Virus record (IMG/VR): IMGVR_UViG_3300045988_110853
Span: 132,077-196,076 of that record
Origin: a virus
Length of the DNA: 64,000 nucleotides
Strand: one strand, 5' to 3'
Position numbers and translations under genes: made by a program. Position 1 is the stretch's first letter. Every line of letters begins with the position of its first letter. This document shows, piece by piece, positions 43,608 to 52,533 of the stretch. The notes under the pieces are model-generated. The model had not been told where the DNA came from. It saw only the letters and a program-made list of their open reading frames with translations, and did not search any database.

Positions 43608-44993
43608 TTACTTATTCAGCGCCTTTGAAAGCATTTCCTTAATGTCAATGCCATTTTCAGACATAGCTTCAATGACCTGATTTGCGGAACCCATAACATC
43701 CTTTACAAGACGAGCAGAGTTTCCGTCGCCATACTGGACGATCTTATCCACATTGGTAAGGGGCGCAGCCGCATTTGCCACAATTTGAGGCATTGCATTG
43801 AAATACATTTCAATGATAGAAGCTTCACCCATCTTCTTCTGTGCTTCTGCTTTCTTGTCAATTGCTGCGGCTTCAGCTTCACCAACGGCAGCAATACCAG
43901 CAGCTTTCTGCTCGGCCGCAAACTTCTCAGCTTCCGCGCGAGCACGCATAGCCTTAGCTTCCTGCTCGATTTCATAAGCCTTAGCTTCTGCGTCTTTCTG
44001 ACGACGGATCAAATCTGCTTCAGCAGCCTTTTCCGCAGCATACTTATCAGCATCAGCCTGCTTACGAACCAACGCAGTCAGTTCATATTCCTTAAGCTCA
44101 ATTTCCTTCTGCTTCAGTTCAGCTTCGCGCTCAGCCTTTGCGATATTCGCATTGGTTGCCGCAACATCCTTGAGCTTACGCTGGTTTTCAGACTCAATAC
44201 CTGCGGCTGCCTCAGCCTGAGCTTTCTTAGTGTCAGCTTCCTGCTTCAACTGAGCCTGCTTAATAGCGAGATCGTTATTGCGGATTGCGATTTCCTCAGC
44301 AGCCTTAACCTTAGCGTCATTAGACTGCTTAGCATTTTCCGCACGAGCAACTTCAATCTCACGTTCCGCATTGGACTTAGCGATCGCTGCGTTCTTACTA
44401 ATCTGAGCGACATTATCAATACCAAGGTTAGTGATAACATCATTATCATCAGAGAAGTTCTGAACGTTAAAGGTAATCAACTCAAGGCCATAACGAGCCA
44501 AATCAGGAACTGCGTTCTCCTGGACCTTTTCGCTAAACAGCTTACGATCGCTAACCATATCAGTCAACTTCATCTGACCGACAATCTCACGAATATTACC
44601 TTCAAGAAGGTCATTAATCTTACGAGAAATTTCATCACGACCTACATTAAGGAAGTTCTGAGCGGCGAGCGCAATCATTTCAGGATCTCTGCCAACACGA
44701 ACGGAAACTGTAGAGTCAACACGAACGTTAATATATTCGGCGGTAGGAACCGCAGATCCGGTCTTTACATCAATCTGAATTGCGCCAAGAGCCAGCTTAT
44801 CCAGACGTTCGAAGAAAGGAATCTTCAAGCCAGCTTTACCAACAAGAATTCGAGGTTTCTTATGGACACCACTGATGATATAAGCCATATCAGGCGGAGC
44901 CTTTACATAACCATTGAGGAAAATGAAAATTACCAGTAGCGCAATAAGAACTACAGGAATTGCCGGAAGGATAAATGAAATAATAGCGGGCAT
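43608..44993 (-). CDS. SPFH/band-7 (flotillin/YqiK-like) membrane protein with a long Ala/Glu/Lys-rich coiled coil; GC-rich.
   Basis: N-terminal TM segment; SPFH core (...GLKIPFFERL...IDVKTGSAVPTAEYINV...); flotillin-like EA-rich repeats. Confidence 0.75.
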   Translation of the reverse strand: MPAIISFILPAIPVVLIALLVIFIFLNGYVKAPPDMAYIISGVHKKPRILVGKAGLKIPFFERLDKLALGAIQIDVKTGSAVPTAEYINVRVDSTVSVRVGRDPEMIALAAQNFLNVGRDEISRKINDLLEGNIREIVGQMKLTDMVSDRKLFSEKVQENAVPDLARYGLELITFNVQNFSDDNDVITNLGIDNVAQISKNAAIAKSNAEREIEVARAENAKQSNDAKVKAAEEIAIRNNDLAIKQAQLKQEADTKKAQAEAAAGIESENQRKLKDVAATNANIAKAEREAELKQKEIELKEYELTALVRKQADADKYAAEKAAEADLIRRQKDAEAKAYEIEQEAKAMRARAEAEKFAAEQKAAGIAAVGEAEAAAIDKKAEAQKKMGEASIIEMYFNAMPQIVANAAAPLTNVDKIVQYGDGNSARLVKDVMGSANQVIEAMSENGIDIKEMLSKALNK

Positions 44994-45019
44994 AAATAAT
45001 TCTCCTTATTTATTTAATT

Positions 45020-45283
45020 TTAAATTTTATACTTATATTTGAATAATGCTTCAATAGCATCATCAATCGAATTATAATATCCATCATGTTCGAATTCTCC
45101 ATCTTCATCCCATAAGAAAGAAATTTCTACTTTTAATGGATCTTGTTCTAATTTTTCTTCTGCTTCTTTATAAATTGCTTCTTCCATTTGTCTTATTACT
45201 AATTTTTCCCAATCCTTATAAGACATTTTTCCAGTAATGAATTTTTTTGTTAAATCATTACCTTTATAATCATAAAGTGCCAT
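45020..45283 (-). CDS. Hypothetical protein (87 aa).
   Basis: Track ORF. Confidence 0.35.
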   Translation of the reverse strand: MALYDYKGNDLTKKFITGKMSYKDWEKLVIRQMEEAIYKEAEEKLEQDPLKVEISFLWDEDGEFEHDGYYNSIDDAIEALFKYKYKI

Positions 45284-45293
45284 TTAATTTTCC

Positions 45294-45854
45294 TCATTCA
45301 TCAAGAAATGACTTACATTCCTCAACTTTTGCTTTCATAGCATCAATGATTACATCAAGATTAATAGGATACCCATGATGAGAATCAACGCCTACATGAT
45401 ACATATAAGGTCGATCTTCAAAGAAATTAGTGGTTTGATGAGTATGACCGTAAAGATTTAAGGTCATCTGATGAAGACTTTCTCTTTCAAGATTACCTGT
45501 CATACAAGGAAAATGAGTCATAAAGAAATGATATTTACGATAATTCAACATAATCGCCCAACTCATTTCTACGACATTAGGCAAATCCGCGTAAAGTTTC
45601 TGTCGAGTGGCTGTATCGTGATTACCAAATACAATATGAAATTTACCCTTAAGGCGCTTAATATATTCAATATTAGAAGTGTCGCCAAGCATTAAATCGC
45701 CAAGAATATAAACTTCATCTTCATCAGAAACAATACTATTCCATTTTTCAATATAGTCTTCATTCATTTCCTCAACTGAGGAATAACCACGAGCTTTCCA
45801 GATAAATTCTCTATCATGCCCGAAGTGCATATCACTGGTTAAAAAGATTGCCAT
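45294..45854 (-). CDS. Calcineurin-like metallophosphoesterase (YfcE-like). Candidate RNA 3'-end healing phosphatase; partner of the adjacent kinase.
   Basis: SDMHFGH, GDLMLGD, GNHD motifs. Confidence 0.65.
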   Translation of the reverse strand: MAIFLTSDMHFGHDREFIWKARGYSSVEEMNEDYIEKWNSIVSDEDEVYILGDLMLGDTSNIEYIKRLKGKFHIVFGNHDTATRQKLYADLPNVVEMSWAIMLNYRKYHFFMTHFPCMTGNLERESLHQMTLNLYGHTHQTTNFFEDRPYMYHVGVDSHHGYPINLDVIIDAMKAKVEECKSFLDE

Positions 45855-46369
45855 GTGTGAATCACTTCTCCTTTTTCATTAACCTCTTGGATAAGATGGT
45901 ATTTAATATATTCTTTAAAAGTAGGTGGAGTAAAGGAATTTGCCATACTGCGAATTACATCTTCTGGAACTTGCGCTCGACCTTCACGCTGTTTATTACG
46001 CTCGATACAAACTTCAACAGGAACATTAAAATAAATAACATTCACATTGAGATTTTTATATCCTTTTGCGTTAATTGCTTTAAGCAATTTCTTGCGAGAA
46101 CCAGGTCCAAGATGAGTGGCATCCGCATACACATCATCATAATCTCTTAAAGAAAGAATGATTGCTTCAATAAAAGCGTGCCATACACTTTCCTCTTTAG
46201 CAAAATAACTTTCATCATCATTTAGCATTTGAAAACGAATAGTATCACGAGAAACAACACAACCACACTGGGGCCAACGATTTTTAAGCCAAGTAGATTT
46301 ACCCGAGCCTGGTATTCCGGACATAATCCAAAGATTCTTTTGCTTCATCTTTATACACCCCATTCTCAA
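45839..46369 (-). CDS. T4 Pnk-like polynucleotide 5'-kinase (kinase domain only). The real start is probably the internal MKQKNLW.
   Basis: SGIPGSGKSTWLKNRW...VVSRDTIRFQ and RNKQREGRAQVPEDVIRSMANSF closely parallel T4 Pnk (GCPGSGKSTWAREF...[30 protein letters not shown]). Confidence 0.7.
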   Translation of the reverse strand: MRMGCIKMKQKNLWIMSGIPGSGKSTWLKNRWPQCGCVVSRDTIRFQMLNDDESYFAKEESVWHAFIEAIILSLRDYDDVYADATHLGPGSRKKLLKAINAKGYKNLNVNVIYFNVPVEVCIERNKQREGRAQVPEDVIRSMANSFTPPTFKEYIKYHLIQEVNEKGEVIHTWQSF

Positions 46370-46559
46370 AATTTTCTTTAAACTCTTCTACTTCTTCTGG
46401 AGTTCTACACTCGATATGATTTACTTCTTCTTTACAATAAATACAATATAACTTTTTACGATGAAATTTACCATGTTGAAGACTTACTCGGCGAGACAAA
46501 GGTATTCCTTTTCGTCCACAATTCATACAGTAAAAATCATGGTTTTCATAAGATGCCAT
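46299..46559 (-). CDS. Zinc-ribbon protein.
   Basis: CMNCGRKG...CIYCKEE. Confidence 0.35.
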   Translation of the reverse strand: MASYENHDFYCMNCGRKGIPLSRRVSLQHGKFHRKKLYCIYCKEEVNHIECRTPEEVEEFKENFENGVYKDEAKESLDYVRNTRLG

Positions 46560-46564
46560 TTGAA

Positions 46565-46765
46565 TTACTCCTTTGAACGAGAAGGAACCGCGATATTAAT
46601 AAAAATCTTAATGACAAACATCTGCCAATAAGTAATGCTTGGAAAACAAAACCAAGGAATAAGAGCGGTATTCCAAATAAATAGCATAATAGCTACTTCA
46701 ATAAACATAAGAGCTACACCTGCGACTGCCATAGAAATATCATCATAATCGTCCATTTTTATCAA
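46565..46765 (-). CDS. Small membrane protein.
   Basis: Track ORF; hydrophobic. Confidence 0.25.
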   Translation of the reverse strand: MIKMDDYDDISMAVAGVALMFIEVAIMLFIWNTALIPWFCFPSITYWQMFVIKIFINIAVPSRSKE

Positions 46766-46769
46766 TTCC

Positions 46770-46822
46770 TTTCTTAACTTTCTATATATATTATATATTA
46801 TTTTTTTATAAAAATCAATAAA
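46770..46822 (-). promoter_or_regulatory. Instance of the recurrent promoter motif.
   Basis: ctatatatattatatattatttttttataaaaatcaataaag. Confidence 0.4.
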
Positions 46823-46826
46823 GAAT

Positions 46827-47105
46827 TTATACTTCCTTTAAACGATTTTCACATTCCTCAGCATCATACTCAATAGTTAAATTTGTAGCATCAAGATAGC
46901 CACCATCATAATAAAGTATATCATGTTTAACAGTAGCATTTTCATAAATTTCTGCTTCACCAGTATCTTTTACAATTTCAAAAAGATCGCGTAAAAATCT
47001 ACAAGCAGATTCAATAGTGTCAAATTCAAGAGCTTTATCATCCCAACAGAGAGGATTAACACAACCTCGCGTTTCATAAATATGATACTTCATATCTCTA
47101 ACCAT
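46827..47105 (-). CDS. Hypothetical protein.
   Basis: Track ORF. Confidence 0.3.
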   Translation of the reverse strand: MVRDMKYHIYETRGCVNPLCWDDKALEFDTIESACRFLRDLFEIVKDTGEAEIYENATVKHDILYYDGGYLDATNLTIEYDAEECENRLKEV

Positions 47106-47116
47106 TGTTTTTCTCC

Positions 47117-47836
47117 TTACATAGTAAATTCAATAGTCTCAAATGTATCAAGGTCAATGAGACAAGTTTTTCCAGTAGCGAAAGAACCATTATCAATATC
47201 GCATTTATGTCCGTCGCAATACCAAAAATGATTCATATTTTCTAAGTCAAAATCTTTATAACTTTTTCCTACCGCGATATAGGGATCATAATTAGGCATC
47301 AGCAGAAAAGGAGTATGACCGTGAATACAGAAAGTGCGGTTTGCTGTTTTATCTTCAGGCCACGGGTCATAGAAATGATCTCGGCTCCAAATCAAATCAT
47401 AACGATTAGGCATATCTCCAAAAGTAAACCCAGCATGAGAAAGAAGAATAATTTGATTATTCTTATTCATATAGTTTTCTCGAAGAGAAAGTTTAGCGAG
47501 CTCTTGATACCATCCAAGATTAGCATGTTCTCCAATTTGCCAATCTTCAAAAGTTTTTGCTCCACCATTGTTACAAAGAAGAGCATAAGCACGACTAAAA
47601 TTTTCATCTTTAAGATAATCTTTCATAGCTTCAAATAGCATATCTTCGTGATTACCTTTAAGATAAATAACTCTCTTATCGGCGATAGCATCTTTAATAA
47701 TTTCCCAGCCATCATTTCCGCGGTCAGCGCAATCGCCTAGACAATAAAGAGTATCACTTGGGTCGAGGTATTTCATAATTTGATCCCAAAGAGGTTTCAT
47801 ACCATGAATATCACTTACCGCATATGTTTTATTCAT
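47117..47836 (-). CDS. PPP-family (lambda-phosphatase/ApaH-like) binuclear metallophosphatase.
   Basis: DIHG, GDCADRG, GNHE motifs. Confidence 0.65.
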   Translation of the reverse strand: MNKTYAVSDIHGMKPLWDQIMKYLDPSDTLYCLGDCADRGNDGWEIIKDAIADKRVIYLKGNHEDMLFEAMKDYLKDENFSRAYALLCNNGGAKTFEDWQIGEHANLGWYQELAKLSLRENYMNKNNQIILLSHAGFTFGDMPNRYDLIWSRDHFYDPWPEDKTANRTFCIHGHTPFLLMPNYDPYIAVGKSYKDFDLENMNHFWYCDGHKCDIDNGSFATGKTCLIDLDTFETIEFTM

Positions 47837-47844
47837 AAAATATC

Positions 47845-47895
47845 AATCCTTTCTTAATTTATATATATATTATAATATATTTTTATAAAAAAATC
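47845..47895 (-). promoter_or_regulatory. Instance of the recurrent promoter motif.
   Basis: tatatatattataatatatttttataaaaaaatcaag. Confidence 0.4.
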
Positions 47896-47907
47896 AAGAG
47901 TGAGAAT

Positions 47908-48126
47908 TTATCCCACTCTTGTAAGCTTCATAAATAAATTACAAATGTTTAATCCTAAGCAACTTGCCAACATCCAAATATTCCAATAAAACATTTTATC
48001 AATGTCTTTATACTTTTTAATAAAAGTATATTGAATCCATTTTATAAAACAAAAACACCAAATAGCAACACAAATCCAAAACAAAGCTAAAAATAAATAA
48101 GATAAAGTTAAAAATAAATAATACAT
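47908..48126 (-). CDS. Small membrane protein.
   Basis: Track ORF; hydrophobic. Confidence 0.25.
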   Translation of the reverse strand: MYYLFLTLSYLFLALFWICVAIWCFCFIKWIQYTFIKKYKDIDKMFYWNIWMLASCLGLNICNLFMKLTRVG

Positions 48127-48570
48127 TTAATTTCCCTCTTTTAATTCTTTTCTTACTCGCATTAGAATTTTTCCAAGTTTGTTATGTGCCATAGTGTCTT
48201 GGCATCGAACGCAATGACATACGCCCCATGTATTATCATGCCAGGTATTTCCTTCTTCAAGCCAGGCATCCTCGGTCTTTTCAAGGGCAGTCCGCAAGTT
48301 TGGATTTTGTATAAATTTAGCTTTTACACCTTTATACATAATATCTTCTTTAACATCTTCCCAATCCTTACGAATTACACAATGTCTTCCTAATCTCTTG
48401 GATTTACCGGGCGTAGAAGCAAGTCTAATTTCTTCTGCATCACCAGGGTTTGCGGCTTTCATTGACTGGAAATAGTTTTCTACTGTAAGATATCTTTTTC
48501 CTTCTACTGTAATTGGAGAATAAAAAAAGTTGCTTAAAAAAGCATAATCTCCTTCAAATTTATCAATCAT
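48127..48570 (-). CDS. NADAR (YbiA-like, DUF1768) domain protein.
   Basis: YAFLSNFFYSPITVEGKRYLTVENYFQSMKA..., typical of NADAR. Confidence 0.6.
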   Translation of the reverse strand: MIDKFEGDYAFLSNFFYSPITVEGKRYLTVENYFQSMKAANPGDAEEIRLASTPGKSKRLGRHCVIRKDWEDVKEDIMYKGVKAKFIQNPNLRTALEKTEDAWLEEGNTWHDNTWGVCHCVRCQDTMAHNKLGKILMRVRKELKEGN

Positions 48571-48798
48571 TTAAATCTCCTCAAAGTCCTGAAGAGCCAA
48601 TTCGGCTAAGTCATCAAAACCAAAATCTTCATTTTCATCAATATTGACACCATACATTTCAGCGCCTTCTTCAAGATATTGTCTTCGGCCTTCCATATAC
48701 CACGACCAATTATCGACGCCGTCTCCTTCAAGGACATTAAGCACACTTTCAGCTTTAAGAAGTTCAAGAAGTCTTTCTTTAGAAATAATATAATTCAT
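48571..48798 (-). CDS. Small acidic hypothetical protein.
   Basis: Track ORF. Confidence 0.25.
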   Translation of the reverse strand: MNYIISKERLLELLKAESVLNVLEGDGVDNWSWYMEGRRQYLEEGAEMYGVNIDENEDFGFDDLAELALQDFEEI

Positions 48799-48804
48799 AA
48801 TAAT

Positions 48805-48860
48805 ATCACCTTTCTTTTTATATAAATATTATATAATAATTTTTTAAAAAAATCAAAAAT
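48805..48860 (-). promoter_or_regulatory. Instance of the recurrent promoter motif.
   Basis: tttatataaatattatataataattttttaaaaaaatcaaaaatg. Confidence 0.4.
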
Positions 48861-48871
48861 GGAGATAAGAA

Positions 48872-49378
48872 TTACTCCTTATCTCCCTTTTCTTGAATAA
48901 AAGTCTTAATTGGCTCACTTACAAAGCAACAAATATCACACGCAACTTTTACTGCTTCTTCTGGATCATGTTTTAAATATAATGCGGTTGTCGCATATGG
49001 AGCGCCCGCACCAATAGCCATATAATCTTTAATCTCTCTTACCATAAATTTACAAGTATGAAAAAGATGTCCTTTATAAGCAATAAGAAATTCATTCTTT
49101 AAAAATCCATCACCAATAAGAGTATTTTTCCATTTTGAAAATTCAATAATGTAATTAAGAATTTCTCGTTCATTAGCTTCAACCGGCTGATGATTTTCCA
49201 TATAAAGCCACATTAGACTTTGTTCGTCGCCGTAGCCCACTCCACCGAGAATCATATCATTAATCTTAGCAATTTTAGCAAAATTAATGTTAGGTTCTTT
49301 TTCATAACCATTAGTAAGAATACTATCAGCACTCATTACAATTCTATCATCATAAACTTTAGCCGCAACAACGCTCAT
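48872..49378 (-). CDS. Hypothetical protein with possible Ntn-hydrolase/proteasome-like features.
   Basis: Weak resemblance only (MAIGAGAPYATTALYL). Confidence 0.25.
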   Translation of the reverse strand: MSVVAAKVYDDRIVMSADSILTNGYEKEPNINFAKIAKINDMILGGVGYGDEQSLMWLYMENHQPVEANEREILNYIIEFSKWKNTLIGDGFLKNEFLIAYKGHLFHTCKFMVREIKDYMAIGAGAPYATTALYLKHDPEEAVKVACDICCFVSEPIKTFIQEKGDKE

Positions 49379-49978
49379 TTAATCCTCCAACTGACAAATA
49401 TAAACTTCTTCATGATGGAGGATTTTTCTAATCATTAATAGAATAATATCCCAATCTCCTCCACCAAGGCCACATCCAATTTTATAAGGAAAAGCAATTG
49501 GGATATAGGCAGGAACTAATGTATTTAGATTTTCTAAGCAATTAGCAAATGCTTCATAATTAGTATACCGACGCGGTCCATATCCATAATCATATTGAGC
49601 GAATAAACTTGCTACTCTATGACCGTCTACCGTGGTAGTGCACGCAACTGTACCAAGTAAAATATCATCAGGTGGATTTTCTAAATGAGCGACTTGTGCT
49701 TCTGCATTTTCAATGGTTTTTTTATAATCCTCATATACTTCAGGCCAACGAGCACGGATTTGTTTGGCAATACCCGCACCCATAACGCCTTGGCAATTTA
49801 CCTGATGACAAATTACAATGTTAGGGGATAAATCTAATAGACTTTTATTTTTATAATAAGTAATATTTTTAACCACTAACTTTATCTCCGTTATGATAAA
49901 AATTACAAAATCTTGCGTCGCCACCGCAAGAACAAATTTCGCGTTCTTTAGTGCCCCAACATTCCGCAGTTTTATCAT
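49379..49978 (-). CDS. Macro domain protein (ADP-ribose binding/hydrolase). The start is uncertain; the N-terminal about 50 aa of the track ORF may not be translated.
   Basis: NIVICHQVNCQGVMGAGIAKQI matches the macro NAAN...GGGV-type motif; IAFPYKIGCGLGGGDW. Confidence 0.6.
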   Translation of the reverse strand: MIKLRNVGALKNAKFVLAVATQDFVIFIITEIKLVVKNITYYKNKSLLDLSPNIVICHQVNCQGVMGAGIAKQIRARWPEVYEDYKKTIENAEAQVAHLENPPDDILLGTVACTTTVDGHRVASLFAQYDYGYGPRRYTNYEAFANCLENLNTLVPAYIPIAFPYKIGCGLGGGDWDIILLMIRKILHHEEVYICQLED

Positions 49979-50270
49979 CTCTTAAATGATAACATTCGCA
50001 CTTTTTAACTACTTCAGTAATTGGAACATCTTTGCTTTTGGATTTTTCTTTCTTTTCATAATGGCCGGGAACCCAAATAAGATCTTCGCCATTAACTTCT
50101 TCCCAAGCATCAGCCATTTGTTGAACGCACTCAAGACAATACTGCCAATAAGAATAACATTGATCTCGTGTTAAATCTTCACTTACTTTATCCCAAAGAG
50201 CGATAGGAATTCGCTCTCTAATTTCATATGTATCAGTTTTAGCTTGACTCACAGCTTCATTATCAATCAT
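49869..50270 (-). CDS. Cys-rich putative zinc-binding protein.
   Basis: Track ORF; several CxxC/CxC pairs. Confidence 0.3.
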   Translation of the reverse strand: MIDNEAVSQAKTDTYEIRERIPIALWDKVSEDLTRDQCYSYWQYCLECVQQMADAWEEVNGEDLIWVPGHYEKKEKSKSKDVPITEVVKKCECYHLRDDKTAECWGTKEREICSCGGDARFCNFYHNGDKVSG

Positions 50271-50455
50271 AGATAATCCTCCAATACATATTCAATCTTA
50301 TCCAATCCTTTAAATTCTTTAAGAATTGTAATAACTCTTAAAATAGTTAAAGCGTCATTTAAATCATCCGATAAACAGATTGGGGACTCCCACTCATTGG
50401 CGGAAGCCCACTCTGCGTCTAATTCTAAGTTTCTAATTAATTTATTAATTTTCAT
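50267..50455 (-). CDS. Hypothetical small protein.
   Basis: Track ORF. Confidence 0.25.
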   Translation of the reverse strand: MKINKLIRNLELDAEWASANEWESPICLSDDLNDALTILRVITILKEFKGLDKIEYVLEDYL

Positions 50456-51818
50456 TATTGACCTCCTCAGCCTCTTCCATATCAGGCGCGGTCTCTTCTG
50501 CTTTTACCAAGCCTTCAAGACACTTAAAGGCAAAATTCTTATGCTTATAAGCACAGAACTTCGGACGATTAAGGATACGAATTACAACGCCTTCGCGGAC
50601 ATGAGTCTTACCGATCGGGTCAGGACCATCATAATACTGCTCAGCGATTTCTTTAACCTGTTCGCCAGCAGTCATACCTGCGTCATTCCAATTAGTGGTG
50701 TCATCAAGAAAACCTCTCCACAGAACAGGGACACACTTACAGCCCATCTGCTCGCAACGATAACGCATGAAATCAGGAGTATATTCAACAACATCCCCAT
50801 CTTCATTAGTCATAGTCATACGATAGACATAGAAATCAGACTTGGGAAGCACATCATAGCTACCATCACCATAGGTATAATAACCAGTGCAAGAACAACC
50901 ATAAGAGAAGGTAGTAGTTTCACCATATTTCTTAAGGAAATCCTTATCATTCAGCTTTCTATTAGAAGCAGAGGACATGATAGGCATACCCTCATCGGTA
51001 AAACCAACAACCTCATAGTAGACTTCTTCACCCTTATGGAGCTTACCCTCAAAGAAATCTGCGTGCTTCTTACGGAACATATTAGAACCATAGAAGCCAC
51101 CCTCCCAGTCATTCAGCACAGTGCGACGAGTGCCAGATACATATCCATATTCATAAATGGGAGTACCATCACGACGCATAATTCTATCCAAAAGAGTTCT
51201 CTTATAACCCTTAAACATAGGAAGATAACCGGTGCGCTGAGAAGTGCCATGCATCTTCAAAGTGATTTCAATAAGGTCATTCGGCTTAAAAGCATCAAGA
51301 TTGTAAGCCAACTGCTCCGTATCAGCATGCTCGATAAACAGAGGAGCAATAGGAACTTTCTTCTTACGAACATGATTTCCTTCACTTACCTGGCCCTGAC
51401 GATTCTGACGCATAGGAATATATTTCTTACAAATTTCGTGGCCGTTCAAAGTAGTGAAAGCAAAACCCTCGGTCAGCTCGCTAAGAAGAACCCCAGTATA
51501 AGAAACGCAATTAAGATGGAGAAAAAGACCATCACTCTTCTCTCCGCGCAAACGGATAGTGGTAATATTACGCTTCATGGGGTCCATATAACCGCCAATG
51601 CTCTTACCATTTTCATCTTTCTTACGCAAAAGATTATTGATTTCCGCGAATTCAGGACTTACCTGACCGTCAGTAGGAAAATAAATACCAAGTTCATCAA
51701 CTTCATAAGAAGTATCAACGCACACAGTATTACCGAAACAGTCACCGAGCATCAACCGATCGGCATTCGGGTGCTTTCGCAAATTCTTGATTTTACAAAC
51801 ATACGCATTATAAGACAT
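50445..51818 (-). CDS. Putative ATP-dependent RNA ligase with an N-terminal tRNA-binding (Myf/EMAPII-like) OB domain; GC-rich.
   Basis: N-terminal VCKIKNLRKHPNADRLMLGD matches the tRNA-binding-domain signature (KHPNADKL). Candidate nucleotidyltransferase motif I ITLKMHGTS (K-x-H-G, as in Rnl5/DraRnl-type ligases). Linked to kinase and phosphoesterase genes. Confidence 0.5.
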   Translation of the reverse strand: MSYNAYVCKIKNLRKHPNADRLMLGDCFGNTVCVDTSYEVDELGIYFPTDGQVSPEFAEINNLLRKKDENGKSIGGYMDPMKRNITTIRLRGEKSDGLFLHLNCVSYTGVLLSELTEGFAFTTLNGHEICKKYIPMRQNRQGQVSEGNHVRKKKVPIAPLFIEHADTEQLAYNLDAFKPNDLIEITLKMHGTSQRTGYLPMFKGYKRTLLDRIMRRDGTPIYEYGYVSGTRRTVLNDWEGGFYGSNMFRKKHADFFEGKLHKGEEVYYEVVGFTDEGMPIMSSASNRKLNDKDFLKKYGETTTFSYGCSCTGYYTYGDGSYDVLPKSDFYVYRMTMTNEDGDVVEYTPDFMRYRCEQMGCKCVPVLWRGFLDDTTNWNDAGMTAGEQVKEIAEQYYDGPDPIGKTHVREGVVIRILNRPKFCAYKHKNFAFKCLEGLVKAEETAPDMEEAEEVNNEN

Positions 51819-51820
51819 AA

Positions 51821-52180
51821 TTAATCAACCCTTTCTCTAATTCTTTTCTCTTCCTCTAATTCCCAATTATGAGTAGCATAACCATACTCAAAGTCCACGG
51901 GATCATCAACCTCATAACCCTGTTCCCGCATTTTCGATGTTGCTTTATACATCATTCGACCAAGACTCTTAGATTTACCCTTTTGGACCAAACCAAAATC
52001 AATAAGATCACTAATCAAACGGCTAATTTTCTGATTAGACAATGGACGCAAAATCATATCTCCCATACGAATTTCATCGAGAGTCATAGAACCATCTGTA
52101 TTATTTAATACATCTAAGATTCTAAACTTATAATCTGCATTGACTTCTGGACGAGTAGTTGTCCTAGATCTTCCTGGCAT
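51821..52180 (-). CDS. Hypothetical protein with a winged-helix-like region.
   Basis: Track ORF. Confidence 0.3.
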   Translation of the reverse strand: MPGRSRTTTRPEVNADYKFRILDVLNNTDGSMTLDEIRMGDMILRPLSNQKISRLISDLIDFGLVQKGKSKSLGRMMYKATSKMREQGYEVDDPVDFEYGYATHNWELEEEKRIRERVD

Positions 52181-52199
52181 ATTTTATTTCTTCCTTTCT

Positions 52200-52248
52200 T
52201 AACTTTCTATAAATATTATATTATATTTTTTATATAAAATCAATAAAG
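52200..52248 (-). promoter_or_regulatory. Instance of the recurrent promoter motif.
   Basis: ctataaatattatattatattttttatataaaatcaataaag. Confidence 0.4.
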
Positions 52249-52524
52249 TTAAAAACAACCAGTTTTTTTGTATTTGAAATTGGTTTTCGTATCTAAATGA
52301 GTTATTAAAAGAATATCTCCTTGTTTTTGATAAACAACTCGATAATGACCTAATCTTCTGCGATAAGTATTTGATTGATCGCGTTTTTTATCAACATTTT
52401 TAACCTTCTCGTCTACTTCTGGCGATAAGGTTAAAAATGTTCTTTCTAAATTTCTTTTAGTTTTTTCATTGGCTTTATCATAAAACTTTTTAGCCGATTT
52501 TGATAATATAATTGAATAACACAT
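52249..52524 (-). CDS. RelE/ParE-like toxin-fold protein.
   Basis: YRRRLGHYRVVYQKQGDILLITHLD resembles the RelE/ParE C-terminal signature. Confidence 0.4.
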   Translation of the reverse strand: MCYSIILSKSAKKFYDKANEKTKRNLERTFLTLSPEVDEKVKNVDKKRDQSNTYRRRLGHYRVVYQKQGDILLITHLDTKTNFKYKKTGCF

Positions 52525-52533
52525 TTCTACATT

